Source: an uncultured Prevotella sp. | GTDB lineage: Bacteria > Bacteroidota > Bacteroidia > Bacteroidales > Bacteroidaceae | Direction: 5' to 3' | NCBI GenBank assembly: GCA_937916075.1 | Contig: CALGHW010000009.1 | Coordinates: 1 to 37,308, forward strand | DNA: 37,308 nt | In this document: positions 8,838 to 18,700 of the stretch, piece by piece | How positions within the stretch are numbered: the first letter of the stretch is position 1 | Layout of the letters: the number at the start of each line of letters is the position of its first letter | Program-made: the position numbers and the translations under genes | The notes under the pieces: model-generated | Databases searched by the model: none | What the model saw: only the letters and a program-made list of their open reading frames with translations | Told to the model about the DNA's origin: nothing

Positions 8838-8848
8838 CACCCCGAATT

Positions 8849-10798
8849 ATGGATAACAAAATCATATCGCCCATCCTGGAACTGCAACGCCAACGGGCAC
8901 TGCTCGAAAAAGAATACCAGGCCGACAAAGAGGCCTACCGCCGACAGACCGAACAGACCGGACTGGCCAAGAAGGTGAGACAGGGTGACGCCTGGTTTCC
9001 GCTACGCACAGGCCGGAGCTACTACAACTCGCTCAACCAGCTCGTGGTGGAGGTGTACCGCGACACGGACAGCGACACCGACCACCACTTCGAACCGGGA
9101 CGCCCCGTATGCTTCTTCCGCGTCAAGCAACAGGCAGCACAGGACAAGAAGGCGAAAGAGGCCATCAGCTACTTCAATTTCACCTGCACCGTGAGCTATG
9201 TGGACGGCTCACGGATGGTGGTCTGCGTGCCCGACAGCAACAGGCTGCTGGAACTGGAGGGGTGCAGTGACAGCCTGGGCGTCCAGCTCTTCTTCGACGA
9301 GACCAGCTACCGCACCATGTTTGCCGCCCTCGACCGGGTCATGAAGGGCAAAGGCCGACTGGGCTATCTGCGTGACCTTTTTTATTCGCGCCAGAAAGCC
9401 GAGCGCTACACCTTCCAGCCGCTGCACTTCCCTTATCTCAACGCCACTCAGGAAAAGGCCGTCAACGAGGTGTTGTGGGCCAAGGATGTGGCCATTGTCC
9501 ACGGCCCTCCCGGCACCGGCAAGACCACCACACTCGTGGAAGCCATCTATGAAACCCTGCGACGGGAGAGCCAGGTGCTGGTATGCGCCCAGAGCAACAT
9601 GGCCGTAGACTGGATAGCGGAAAAGTTGGTGGACCGTGGAGTCAACGTGCTCCGCATCGGCAATCCCACCAAGGTAAACGACAAGATGCTGGGCTTCACC
9701 TACGAACGACGCTTCGAAGGCCATCCCGACTATCCCCAGCTGTGGGCCATCCGCAAGGCTATCCGCGAGCTGCGCTCCCACCGGAAACGAGACGACAACT
9801 GGCACCAGAAGATGGAACGGCTGAAGAGCCGGGCGGCCGAACTGGAGATACGCATCAACAGCGAGCTCTTCGGCGAGGCCCGCGTGATAGCCTCCACCCT
9901 GGTAGGCAGCGCCAACCGGCTGCTGGACGGCATGAAGTTTGGCACACTCTTCATCGACGAGGCGGCCCAAGCCTTGGAAGCCGCCTGCTGGATACCCATG
10001 CGCCGGGCCTCCCGGCTGGTCCTGGCCGGCGACCACTGCCAGTTGCCGCCCACCGTCAAGAGTCTGGAAGCCCTGCGGGGCGGACTGGGGCGCACCCTCA
10101 TGGAACGGCTGGTGGAAAACAAGCCCGAAGTGGTGACGCTCCTGAAGACACAATACCGCATGAACGAAGACATCATGCGTTTCAGCAGCGACTGGTTCTA
10201 CCACGGCGAGGTGGAGTCGGCACCGGAAGTGAGCCACCGCGGCATCCTGGACTATGACGTGGCCATGGAGTGGGTGGAAGTGACCGACACGCCTTCCGAC
10301 GGAACGGAGGCCACAGAAGGACTCCGTGGAACAGAGACTTCCCGAGAAGAGACTGGCCAAGACCATACGTCATACGCCAACCCGGCCGAAGCCACACTGA
10401 CCCTCGACACCTTAGAGACTTATTTCGACAAGATAGGAAGGGAACGCATTGACGACGAGCGTATCGACGTGGGCATCATCTCGCCCTACCGGGGACAAGT
10501 GCAGCTATTGCGGCGGATGCTCTCGAGAAGAGAACGCCTCAAGCCTTTCCGCAAGCGCATCACCGTCAACACCGTGGACGGATTCCAGGGACAAGAGCGC
10601 GACATCATCCTCATCTCCTTGGTGCGCCACAACGACGAAGGGCGCATCGGATTCCTGAACGACCTGCGACGCATGAACGTGGCCATCACCCGGGCACGTA
10701 TGAAGGTCATCATCCTGGGCGACAAAACCACCTTGACCCACACACCTTTCTACCGAAAGCTGTGGGAATACGTGAAAGGACTAAGTGGCGCCAAGTAA
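8849..10798 (+). CDS. Superfamily 1B helicase (Upf1/IGHMBP2/DNA2-NAM7-like, AAA_11/AAA_12)
   Basis: HGPPGTGKT, IDEAAQ, GDHCQLPP, QYRM, ISPYRGQ, TVDGFQGQE, RRMNVAITRAR. Start placed at ATG 8849 after the promoter box. Confidence 0.93.
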   Translation: MDNKIISPILELQRQRALLEKEYQADKEAYRRQTEQTGLAKKVRQGDAWFPLRTGRSYYNSLNQLVVEVYRDTDSDTDHHFEPGRPVCFFRVKQQAAQDKKAKEAISYFNFTCTVSYVDGSRMVVCVPDSNRLLELEGCSDSLGVQLFFDETSYRTMFAALDRVMKGKGRLGYLRDLFYSRQKAERYTFQPLHFPYLNATQEKAVNEVLWAKDVAIVHGPPGTGKTTTLVEAIYETLRRESQVLVCAQSNMAVDWIAEKLVDRGVNVLRIGNPTKVNDKMLGFTYERRFEGHPDYPQLWAIRKAIRELRSHRKRDDNWHQKMERLKSRAAELEIRINSELFGEARVIASTLVGSANRLLDGMKFGTLFIDEAAQALEAACWIPMRRASRLVLAGDHCQLPPTVKSLEALRGGLGRTLMERLVENKPEVVTLLKTQYRMNEDIMRFSSDWFYHGEVESAPEVSHRGILDYDVAMEWVEVTDTPSDGTEATEGLRGTETSREETGQDHTSYANPAEATLTLDTLETYFDKIGRERIDDERIDVGIISPYRGQVQLLRRMLSRRERLKPFRKRITVNTVDGFQGQERDIILISLVRHNDEGRIGFLNDLRRMNVAITRARMKVIILGDKTTLTHTPFYRKLWEYVKGLSGAK

Positions 10799-10878
10799 GT
10801 AGGTGTTCAAAATTAATCGCATCAATGACTTTATCAAATAGTAATCATGCTTTCAAATGAATTTTGAACACCTACTTA
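10796..10878. mobile_element. MITE-like element with 19-bp perfect terminal inverted repeats
   Basis: TAAGTAGGTGTTCAAAATT (10796-10814) and AATTTTGAACACCTACTTA (10860-10878) enclose a 45-bp AT-rich interior, with TA on both outer sides. Confidence 0.6.
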
Positions 10879-10930
10879 ACATGAAATATGGATAGGCATT
10901 ATCAGAGTCAGAAAGAAGCAGGAGCGGGGC

Positions 10931-13738
10931 CTATTTGACATAATCGCCAGGCAACACGCCAAACTTCTTCTTGAAGCACTGAGAGAAGTACTTGGGCGTA
11001 TTGAAGCCCACCCGATAGGCCAGCTCACTGATACGAATACCTGGGTTCTGGGTCAAGATGTCACTGGCGGCATTAAGCCGGATGGTCTGGATGAAGACCT
11101 GGATACTCAGTCCGGTACAATCACGCAAACGGGCATAGAGGGTAGACACACTCATATTAAAATCCTGTGCCAGACGGTCGCGGTTGTAATCGGGATCGTC
11201 CAGATGGTCGTAGACCAACTGAGTAGCCTTGGCGATAAACTGAGCGTCCTCCTGCCGGGCGGCATTGGCCGCCACAGGATGACCTTCCTCCATGACATTT
11301 TCTTCAGCCACCGGTTGGTGGGTGGACTCGCCCTGCAGTTGCGCACTCTGCAGAATAGAAGAAAAGCGACGGCTGGCACTTATCTCACGCTGCATCCGAA
11401 GATACACCCATACCATCCGGACAACCATCATTACGACCAGAAGATACAGGCCACAAGCCCACCAGGAGGCATACCATGGAGCCTTCACCCTGACGGTGAT
11501 GGTATAGGGCAAGTCACGCCAATGGCCATGACTGTCGGCCGCCTTGAGCCGGAAGGTGTATTTACCCGCCGGCACATGGTCGTACAAGGCCCGGTGAACG
11601 GTCCCGTCTACATATTGCCAGTCGTCATCATAGCCATCCAACTTGAAGGCATACTTGGTTTCCCGCTGGTTGGCATAGGTGAGCAGGGCAAATTCAAGGC
11701 CAAACCGTCTTACCGATGCCGGAACCGTTATCTCACGAGTCGTTACGGGTAATGCCCGCGAGATGCCCACCCGTTCCACGGAGTCGAGCGAGAGCAAGGA
11801 AGCGCCATCCAGGAGAACGTCGGTTATCAGAAGTGTAGACTTGAAGTTACGGTAATTATCATAGGAGCCAACTGGCTTGAAGTCAACAAATCCTTTATTT
11901 GTGCCAAAGAACAGCCGGTCACCATATTTATAAGTGGCATTGGCAAAGAAAGAAGTGCTGCCCAAACCGTCTTGCTCGGTAAAGCTGATGGTTCCGCCAT
12001 CAGGGGCAAGCCGCACCAAGGCCCTGTCCGTGGCCAACCAGATGGAACCATAGTTGTCTTCATTGATGGCCAATACCGGGCGATCAGCAAGATGGAAAGA
12101 CTGATTGGCAACAACAAACCGCCTTACCCCTTCATCATACATCAACAGTCCACCCGGGCAGATGGCCCACAAGCGGTGACGGCTGTCCTCAAAGCACGCC
12201 GTGATGTTAGAGAAAGGTGCCGCCACACGTCTCACGCGCATACTTTCAACCCGCCGGGGATTGCCCGAAAGGCACATGATACCCTTGTTGGCCGACGCCA
12301 CCCAAATATTCCCGTCATGGTCGGCCGTGATATGATTGACCATGAAATAGCCCGTCAAGTCAATCGTGTCATTCTTGATGTCAAGAGCCTTTCCTGTGTC
12401 ATCAGCAAACAATACAGAGAGACCTTTCCGCTGTCCTATCCACAAAGTCTTGGTACGGGAATCCTCATAGAAAGCGGTCACATTGTCCTTGATATAAGAT
12501 AATCGGGAAGAATGAGGATAAAGAGTCTCACTGGTATGATCGGCATGACTGACAAAGATGCCATTATCACCGGCAGCCATCCACAGCTCATTGTTAAACC
12601 GGCGGACCATGGCCCCTATACGGGTTTTCAACCCTTCTGCCGGTATCGCCGAAAAGCCCGGTATCCTGTCGTTTTGCAAGAAGGCGCCATGGGTACAATC
12701 GTACCAGGCCAGGCCTTCCATCCCATAACCTAAATAAAACTGCCGGCCGTTGTCTGTATAAATACTACGGATGCTGCCGAAAGCATGATTAGAGAAAAAT
12801 GATTGGCCTCCAAAGATATGCACAACGCCCCCCTCCCGCAAGGCCAGCCACAAGGCTCCATCGGGACCTGTCTGGGCGCAGACCGTATCACCCGTGCATA
12901 CAAACATCTTGCCATCAGGCAACTGCGCTATGTCATAGACCACCTTAGGATCGCCGCCTCCGGAAGCAACCATTGACAGTGTAGCTGCCCGATAGTCGTC
13001 AGTCCGTTCCAATCGCTGCACGCCATAACCCTGAGAGCCTATCCACAGGCGGTCAAGCTTGTCTAAACAAAGCGCATAAGCCGAGTTCATCCAATTCACC
13101 TTCTCATAGCTGCGCAACAAATGGTTACGGGGTGAATACCGCCATATTCCTTGCGACCAAGTACCTATGAGGATATCACCATCCCTGGTCTCTACAAAGT
13201 CCTTGACCCCCCATCCCTGATATTTTCCTTTTTTTCCATTGGGATAGATGGCTTGCGTGTTGTCTTGGTTGAAGTGGCGGAAAGTCTCCGTCTTGCTGTC
13301 ATAGACAGAAAAGCCATCATCTGTGCCTACATACACGGTACCCTTACTGGAAGTGAACAGCCTGTATATAATCTGTTGGCTCGGCCTGGGAAAGAGATAG
13401 GGACGAATATAGCCGGTGGCAAGGTCTATACGCAACAGTCCGCTGTTGCTTCCTGCCCACAAATGTCCCTCTCGGTCTGTGGTAATGCTACGAATGTCGC
13501 TAATGAGCTGGGGAAAGGAAGGTGTTTCCCAGGCGAACTCGTTTCTCACCTGGTAACCGTCGTACGACTTGATGCCCGACGAGGTGCCCAGCCACAACAA
13601 GCCGTTGCGGTCAAAATGCATACAATATAACTCATCAGAGCTTGGTAAATCTATGCGTTCCCTGATACTTGAACGGAGGTTCAGCCAAGCACCTGCAACC
13701 ACCAAAAACATGACGAGCAAAAATATTCTTTTATTCAT
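10931..13738 (-). CDS. Membrane-spanning AraC regulator: beta-propeller sensor repeats + Y_Y_Y + TM + AraC HTH, lacking kinase and receiver domains
   Basis: Repeated D.xG.LW.G propeller motifs; YAFKLDGYDDDW...PAGKYTFRLKA (Y_Y_Y); APWYASWW-TM; short linker; RISELAYRVGFNTPKYFSQCFKKKFGVLP. Confidence 0.9.
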   Translation of the reverse strand: MNKRIFLLVMFLVVAGAWLNLRSSIRERIDLPSSDELYCMHFDRNGLLWLGTSSGIKSYDGYQVRNEFAWETPSFPQLISDIRSITTDREGHLWAGSNSGLLRIDLATGYIRPYLFPRPSQQIIYRLFTSSKGTVYVGTDDGFSVYDSKTETFRHFNQDNTQAIYPNGKKGKYQGWGVKDFVETRDGDILIGTWSQGIWRYSPRNHLLRSYEKVNWMNSAYALCLDKLDRLWIGSQGYGVQRLERTDDYRAATLSMVASGGGDPKVVYDIAQLPDGKMFVCTGDTVCAQTGPDGALWLALREGGVVHIFGGQSFFSNHAFGSIRSIYTDNGRQFYLGYGMEGLAWYDCTHGAFLQNDRIPGFSAIPAEGLKTRIGAMVRRFNNELWMAAGDNGIFVSHADHTSETLYPHSSRLSYIKDNVTAFYEDSRTKTLWIGQRKGLSVLFADDTGKALDIKNDTIDLTGYFMVNHITADHDGNIWVASANKGIMCLSGNPRRVESMRVRRVAAPFSNITACFEDSRHRLWAICPGGLLMYDEGVRRFVVANQSFHLADRPVLAINEDNYGSIWLATDRALVRLAPDGGTISFTEQDGLGSTSFFANATYKYGDRLFFGTNKGFVDFKPVGSYDNYRNFKSTLLITDVLLDGASLLSLDSVERVGISRALPVTTREITVPASVRRFGLEFALLTYANQRETKYAFKLDGYDDDWQYVDGTVHRALYDHVPAGKYTFRLKAADSHGHWRDLPYTITVRVKAPWYASWWACGLYLLVVMMVVRMVWVYLRMQREISASRRFSSILQSAQLQGESTHQPVAEENVMEEGHPVAANAARQEDAQFIAKATQLVYDHLDDPDYNRDRLAQDFNMSVSTLYARLRDCTGLSIQVFIQTIRLNAASDILTQNPGIRISELAYRVGFNTPKYFSQCFKKKFGVLPGDYVK

Positions 13739-13778
13739 TTGGTTTCTATTAGTTAATGTTCTCCTTTGCTTGTGAGTT

Positions 13779-15344
13779 TCACTCCTCTCTCACCATCCAG
13801 TCCCCCAAGGTGCGCTTCGCGCTGTCGTAGTTGACGCCTATCTTATACAGCTTGCGGCCGTCGGCGGAGTAGGGCACGAGGTAGCCTTTCTCGTCAATCT
13901 GCCTGAGCGCCGCCTCGGCGGAACCGTCGAATTTCAACTCAAACACAAAGACGGAGTCGGGCATATACACCACCACGTCGGCACGGCCCACGGCACTGTC
14001 CTCCTCCACACGCACATACGCCCCCATCAGGCTGAAGATGAGGTAGAAAATGGTCTGCACGTCACGCTCACTCTTGTTGGAGAGCCGGTTGCTGATACTG
14101 CCCAGGTAGGCACGCATACGCTCAAGGGCGGCGTTGACGTCGCCTTCATAGAGCGACTCGAGGAAGTCGCCGAGGAAGGAGTCGTTGTCGCTGGTGACGG
14201 GCGACAGGTAGTTGGGCGACAGGCTATGGAGCATGCCGAGGCGCACCTCGCGGTTGGGGTAGTCGAGGGTGTAGCGGTTGAGTATGGGGTTGAACTTCTT
14301 TATCGTCAGATAGCCGCTCTGGTAGAGCAACGGCAAAGGCGACGTCATCTGTTCGGGCGACACGTCGAACTCGCTCACCAAAGTGCTGCGACGCTCCAGG
14401 TCGGCGATGCCGTAGTGGTATTTCTTCAGCACGTTGATGATGTACGACGGAGTGCCGGAGCCAAACCAGTAGTTGCCTAGATCATGTTTCGACATGGCGA
14501 TAATCATGCTGAACGGATTGAAGATGTCCTCGGAATGCTTGCTGAAGTGGTAGCCGTCGTAATACTCCGTGAGCTTGAGGAGCATCTCGTCGAAAGTGAT
14601 GCCGAGGTCGGCGGCGAACAGCTCCACGTCGCGCCGCATCTGCGTGGTCAGCTCTGCTTTGCTGATGCCGCAGATGCCGCAGTACTGGTCGGTCATGGAG
14701 ATGTTGTCGAGGTTGTTGAGCTCGCTGAATATGCTCAGCTGAGAGAACTTCGTGATGCCGGTGATAAACACAAACTCCAGGTAAGGGTCGAGCATCTTCA
14801 ATGGACTGTAGAAGTTCTGCATAATCTGTCGAAGGACTTTCAGGTTTTTCTCCTCGTGGACAACATCAAGCAGTGGTGCGTCGTACTCGTCGATGATGAC
14901 AACAGCCTTCTGTCCCGTCTGCTCGTAGGCGCGTCGCACTATGCCTATCAGGCGTGTGTTGGGCGACTTCTCGTTGTCTCTCTTGCCATATTTATCCTCA
15001 TAGGGAGAAAGAATGAAGTCAAGATAATCCTTTAGTGAGTCCTTTTCCATATGCTTTGCACCGCTCATGTCGAAGTGCAGCACGGGATGGCGCACCCAAT
15101 CCTTCTCATACTCGCTGATGGCAAGACCCTCAAAGAGCTCCTTGTGTCCCTCGAAGTAGGCATGCAACGTTGAGGCAAAGAGCGACTTGCCGAACCGCCT
15201 TGGGCGGCTCAGAAAGACATATTGCATTCCTTGTTTGCGGAACTCGGCAATATACTTTGTCTTGTCTACATAAATGTAGTTGCCCTCAATGATTTTCTGG
15301 AACGTCTGTATCCCTATCGGGTATCTTCTTATCTCCTCTTCCAT
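13779..15344 (-). CDS. AAA-ATPase_like + PD-(D/E)XK nuclease (PDDEXK_9-type) protein
   Basis: [43 protein letters not shown], and C-terminal GRADVV...VFELK. Confidence 0.92.
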   Translation of the reverse strand: MEEEIRRYPIGIQTFQKIIEGNYIYVDKTKYIAEFRKQGMQYVFLSRPRRFGKSLFASTLHAYFEGHKELFEGLAISEYEKDWVRHPVLHFDMSGAKHMEKDSLKDYLDFILSPYEDKYGKRDNEKSPNTRLIGIVRRAYEQTGQKAVVIIDEYDAPLLDVVHEEKNLKVLRQIMQNFYSPLKMLDPYLEFVFITGITKFSQLSIFSELNNLDNISMTDQYCGICGISKAELTTQMRRDVELFAADLGITFDEMLLKLTEYYDGYHFSKHSEDIFNPFSMIIAMSKHDLGNYWFGSGTPSYIINVLKKYHYGIADLERRSTLVSEFDVSPEQMTSPLPLLYQSGYLTIKKFNPILNRYTLDYPNREVRLGMLHSLSPNYLSPVTSDNDSFLGDFLESLYEGDVNAALERMRAYLGSISNRLSNKSERDVQTIFYLIFSLMGAYVRVEEDSAVGRADVVVYMPDSVFVFELKFDGSAEAALRQIDEKGYLVPYSADGRKLYKIGVNYDSAKRTLGDWMVREE

Positions 15345-15531
15345 GGCTGTATCGGTTTTTATGCCGCTAAGTTACAAAATAATATTGAGAACGCCACCAA
15401 CATCATGGATATTTAGTTGAAACGCCACTCTCACGCTGTTTTTGTTTCTTTTGTCAACAAAATTATATTTTCGGGGCAAATGTGCCCCTAATGATTACTT
15501 GACAAGCGACAGACTCCCAAGTATGCCGAGG

Positions 15532-15635
15532 CGAACTCGCCTACCATAGTGCTGCGGCGTTCAAGGTCGGCGATGCCGTAGTGACATTCCCTCATCACAC
15601 TGATGATGTACGACGGAGTGCCCAACCAGAACCAG
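15532..15635 (-). pseudogene. Diverged 104-bp copy of an internal segment (14366-14469) of the adjacent ATPase gene
   Basis: Ungapped hand alignment gives 86/104 identical. It translates [34 protein letters not shown] versus [34 protein letters not shown]. Confidence 0.85.
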
Positions 15636-15758
15636 CAGTGGCGCCGTTTGTGCTTGGGCAGGGTAAAAAATCGTCGCAGAAAGGATAAAAATCGGTCAAA
15701 ATATAGATTCATGCACTTTTATAGACCAAGTTTTTACCTATTATATCTTACTATTCAA

Positions 15759-15766
15759 TATCTTTG
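15759..15766 (+). promoter_or_regulatory. -7 promoter box of the large CAZyme gene
   Basis: TATCTTTG followed by CA, 29 nt before ATG 15796. Confidence 0.75.
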
Positions 15767-15795
15767 CAACAACAAAAACCTAAAGAACAACAAAT

Positions 15796-18700
15796 ATGAA
15801 GACGAACCTAAAATTAAGACTGTGGTCAACCGCCATCCTGTCTCTGATATGGAGCTGGATATACGCGGCATCGGTGACGCTACCGAATTTCAAGACCACC
15901 GACGACCTCGTCGGAAAAACCATTTCCAACCTAACCGGATTTACACAGACCACCGGTGACTTTACCCTGGAGGCAAAGGCGAAAGCCGGCGTCCCCATCA
16001 AGTTGCTGTTTGGGCACATCAGTTATACACCTACCGCCGACGGACTGGTACGGCTGGTACAAAAAGACGGCCAGGTGTATGTCTTTGAGAACAATGCCTA
16101 CATCACCACGCTCACGCCCGAATATATCTATCAAGAGCAAGGAGGCAACCTGATGCGCAACGGCAGCTTTGAGACCGTGACCGACCAATTGACGTCTGGA
16201 CGCTGGAAAGCCGCCGACTGGGAGACCTGGGACGGCGGAACTCCCACTTGGGGCGGAGACGCCGGATATGTCAATGTCCGCGAAAACGCCAATTATTGTT
16301 CTGACGGCAAAAAAAGCATCATCCTCCACTCACGCAGCCGGTGGCTTTGCCAACAACTCACCGACGGAGCCCTGGAAGCCGACGGAGTATACCAACTGTC
16401 ATGCGACTACTGGACATCCGAAGGGGCCGGTAACGGCAACGGGACATACAAATTCTGGCTCGGCTCATCCTTGGCCGGCAATGACCTGATGGAGATAGAC
16501 GGATACACCACCTTGGAAGGCAAATACACCAAACAGTCGTTTAAGACCCTTTTCCAGGCACCGTCTTCACTCACGCCATCCTTATTCTTCTCCTTCTACC
16601 GCGCCGAGTCAAAAGTAGACTGGCTTGACAACGTGAAACTGGTCAAAGTCATACCCGACCAAGCCGGACTGGAAGGCACCTCATCAGCCATCTACACCAC
16701 AGGGGCATACGCACCCCGGAGCATGAGCTTGCCCGAGGGAGCATCTATCGACATGACCCCCAATATCAGCAATCCCAATTTTGACAACGGCACAATCACA
16801 AAGAACGCACCGACAGGCTGGACCTTCGACGGCAACGTCACGACATCCAAGATAAGCACGGGGGCCAAGGGCAACGGACTGATTCCCGCCGACCAGAACC
16901 ACTGGCAACTGTGGCAGGAAGGCGGAACCCTCAAAGGACGCGCCTACCAAACCATCAACAACCTGCCTAACGGACGATACGCTGTATCTGCCGATATCTG
17001 CACGTCAGGATTCAGCGGAAACGTCAACCTCTATGCCAACTATGGCACACAAGCCCTGGCTACCAACACAGCCAAGCGGTATACGGCAACCGGCATCGTC
17101 GTTGACGGAACATTGGAAATAGGTATCTCACTCAATATTTCCGGCAGTGTGACGGTTGATTTTGACAACTTCACGCTTCAGTATCTCGGCATGGACACCG
17201 AGGGCTACCATGAAATACTCCAACTGAAGATAAAAGAAGCGGAGGCCATCCTGACCAACCTGTCGGACGGCTACGACCCCGCCAGCATCAACCAGGCCAT
17301 CGCCAAGGCCAAGGCCATAGACGACAAGGCCAAGGCCGATGACATCATCGCCGCCATTGCCGCCATCGACAAGGCTTTGGACGACTATCAGGCCTATGTG
17401 GAAAAATGTGCCGCAGAGCGCAAGAACAAAGAGGACTTCAAGGCTTTGGTAGAAGCCGCCAAGAACGAACGCGCCAACGAGACCTATCCCGGAACAGCCG
17501 ATTTCGACAAGGCTATTGCCGAAGCGGAAGCTTTTCTTGCCCAGATGGAAACCGACCCGACCATCTCCACCACAACAGCTACCGACGCTCTGAACGCAGC
17601 CCGCGAAGCATACTATAACTCACAATATCCTATACAGCCCGTGAAACAAGTCGTGTCTACCGTCGACCTGTCACTCAACGGATCAGAGAAATACACGCTC
17701 CGCGTGGACGGAAAAGCCTTTTACCCCACAGCCATCCAAGTGCGCGGTGACAAGCTGCGCGGCTATTTAGGCTGGAATGAGACCGAGATTGAGGCAGCCT
17801 TCAAACGTGCGGCCGATGACGGATTCAACACGCTCAGCGTACCTTTGTTCTGGAGCGAGGTGGAGCCTGAAAAGAATCATTTCGACTGGCACCTGCTGGA
17901 CCGCTATCTCGGATGGTGCAAGAAATATGGCGTCAAGATGGAAATACTCTGGTTCTCCTGGAGCAGCGGCGGACGCGTACAGTATCTGTGGAACTACAAC
18001 GGAAAGCAGACTCTCCGCACGCCCGACTACGTGTGCTCTAAAGACGGAAAATCAGAATTCAACATGCTGCGCGACTCTTGGGAATATTCTCTTGACTGGC
18101 GCGACACCAACCTCCGCTCACGCGACACTTATGTACTGGGCAAGGTCATGGAACACGTGGCCCTGTGGGACGCCAACAACGACCAGCCACACACCGTAGT
18201 GGGCGTACAGCTGGGCAACGAGGCACGCGCCCATGGAGGAAACAGCGCCACCGCTGCCGAAATCATCGACTACTACCATCATGTGGGCAGTGCGGTAAAG
18301 GACTCTAAATATGTGACCTGGACACGACTCAACTGCGTGTCTTACGAGACATCTGGACGCACATCTGCCAATGAGAGCAAGCGAAACAACGGCGGCACCA
18401 ACATCGACTTTGTGGGCATCGACATCTATGGCACCAACGCCAGCAAGGTGAAAGGCAACATGGACGGACAGCTCGGAACCAACGGAAAGAATTTCCGCAT
18501 GATTATGGAAATCGACGCCAAAGACGCCAACTCACCACTCTACCAGATGGCCGCCCTCGCCGGCGACAAGGCCTTCGACTACTACAACTTAGGACCCGTA
18601 GACGGCAACGGACTGTATGCCAACAGTGGCAACACACTCACCGAGCGCTCCCACATCACACTGGTACGCCAGCGAAACAAGATACTGAACATGGCCAACC

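Noticed and set aside
7704..8848. N-terminal extensions of pdxB and the helicase given by the ORF track (also aroQ to 24819, xerD from 24771)
   Set aside because: The extensions run through promoter boxes, and family-typical starts lie downstream.
10282..10345. Repeat element inserted in frame in the helicase
   Set aside because: Only a 6-bp stem (ACGGAG/CTCCGT) in a low-complexity loop; insufficient without an alignment.
15385..15428. Upstream array for the 13779-15344 ATPase (AACGCCAC twice)
   Set aside because: Two short copies cannot establish periodicity; noted only as a weak parallel.
14366..15635. Diversity-generating retroelement VR/TR pair
   Set aside because: Mismatches involve all bases rather than template adenines, the segment is mid-gene, and no reverse transcriptase is in the window.
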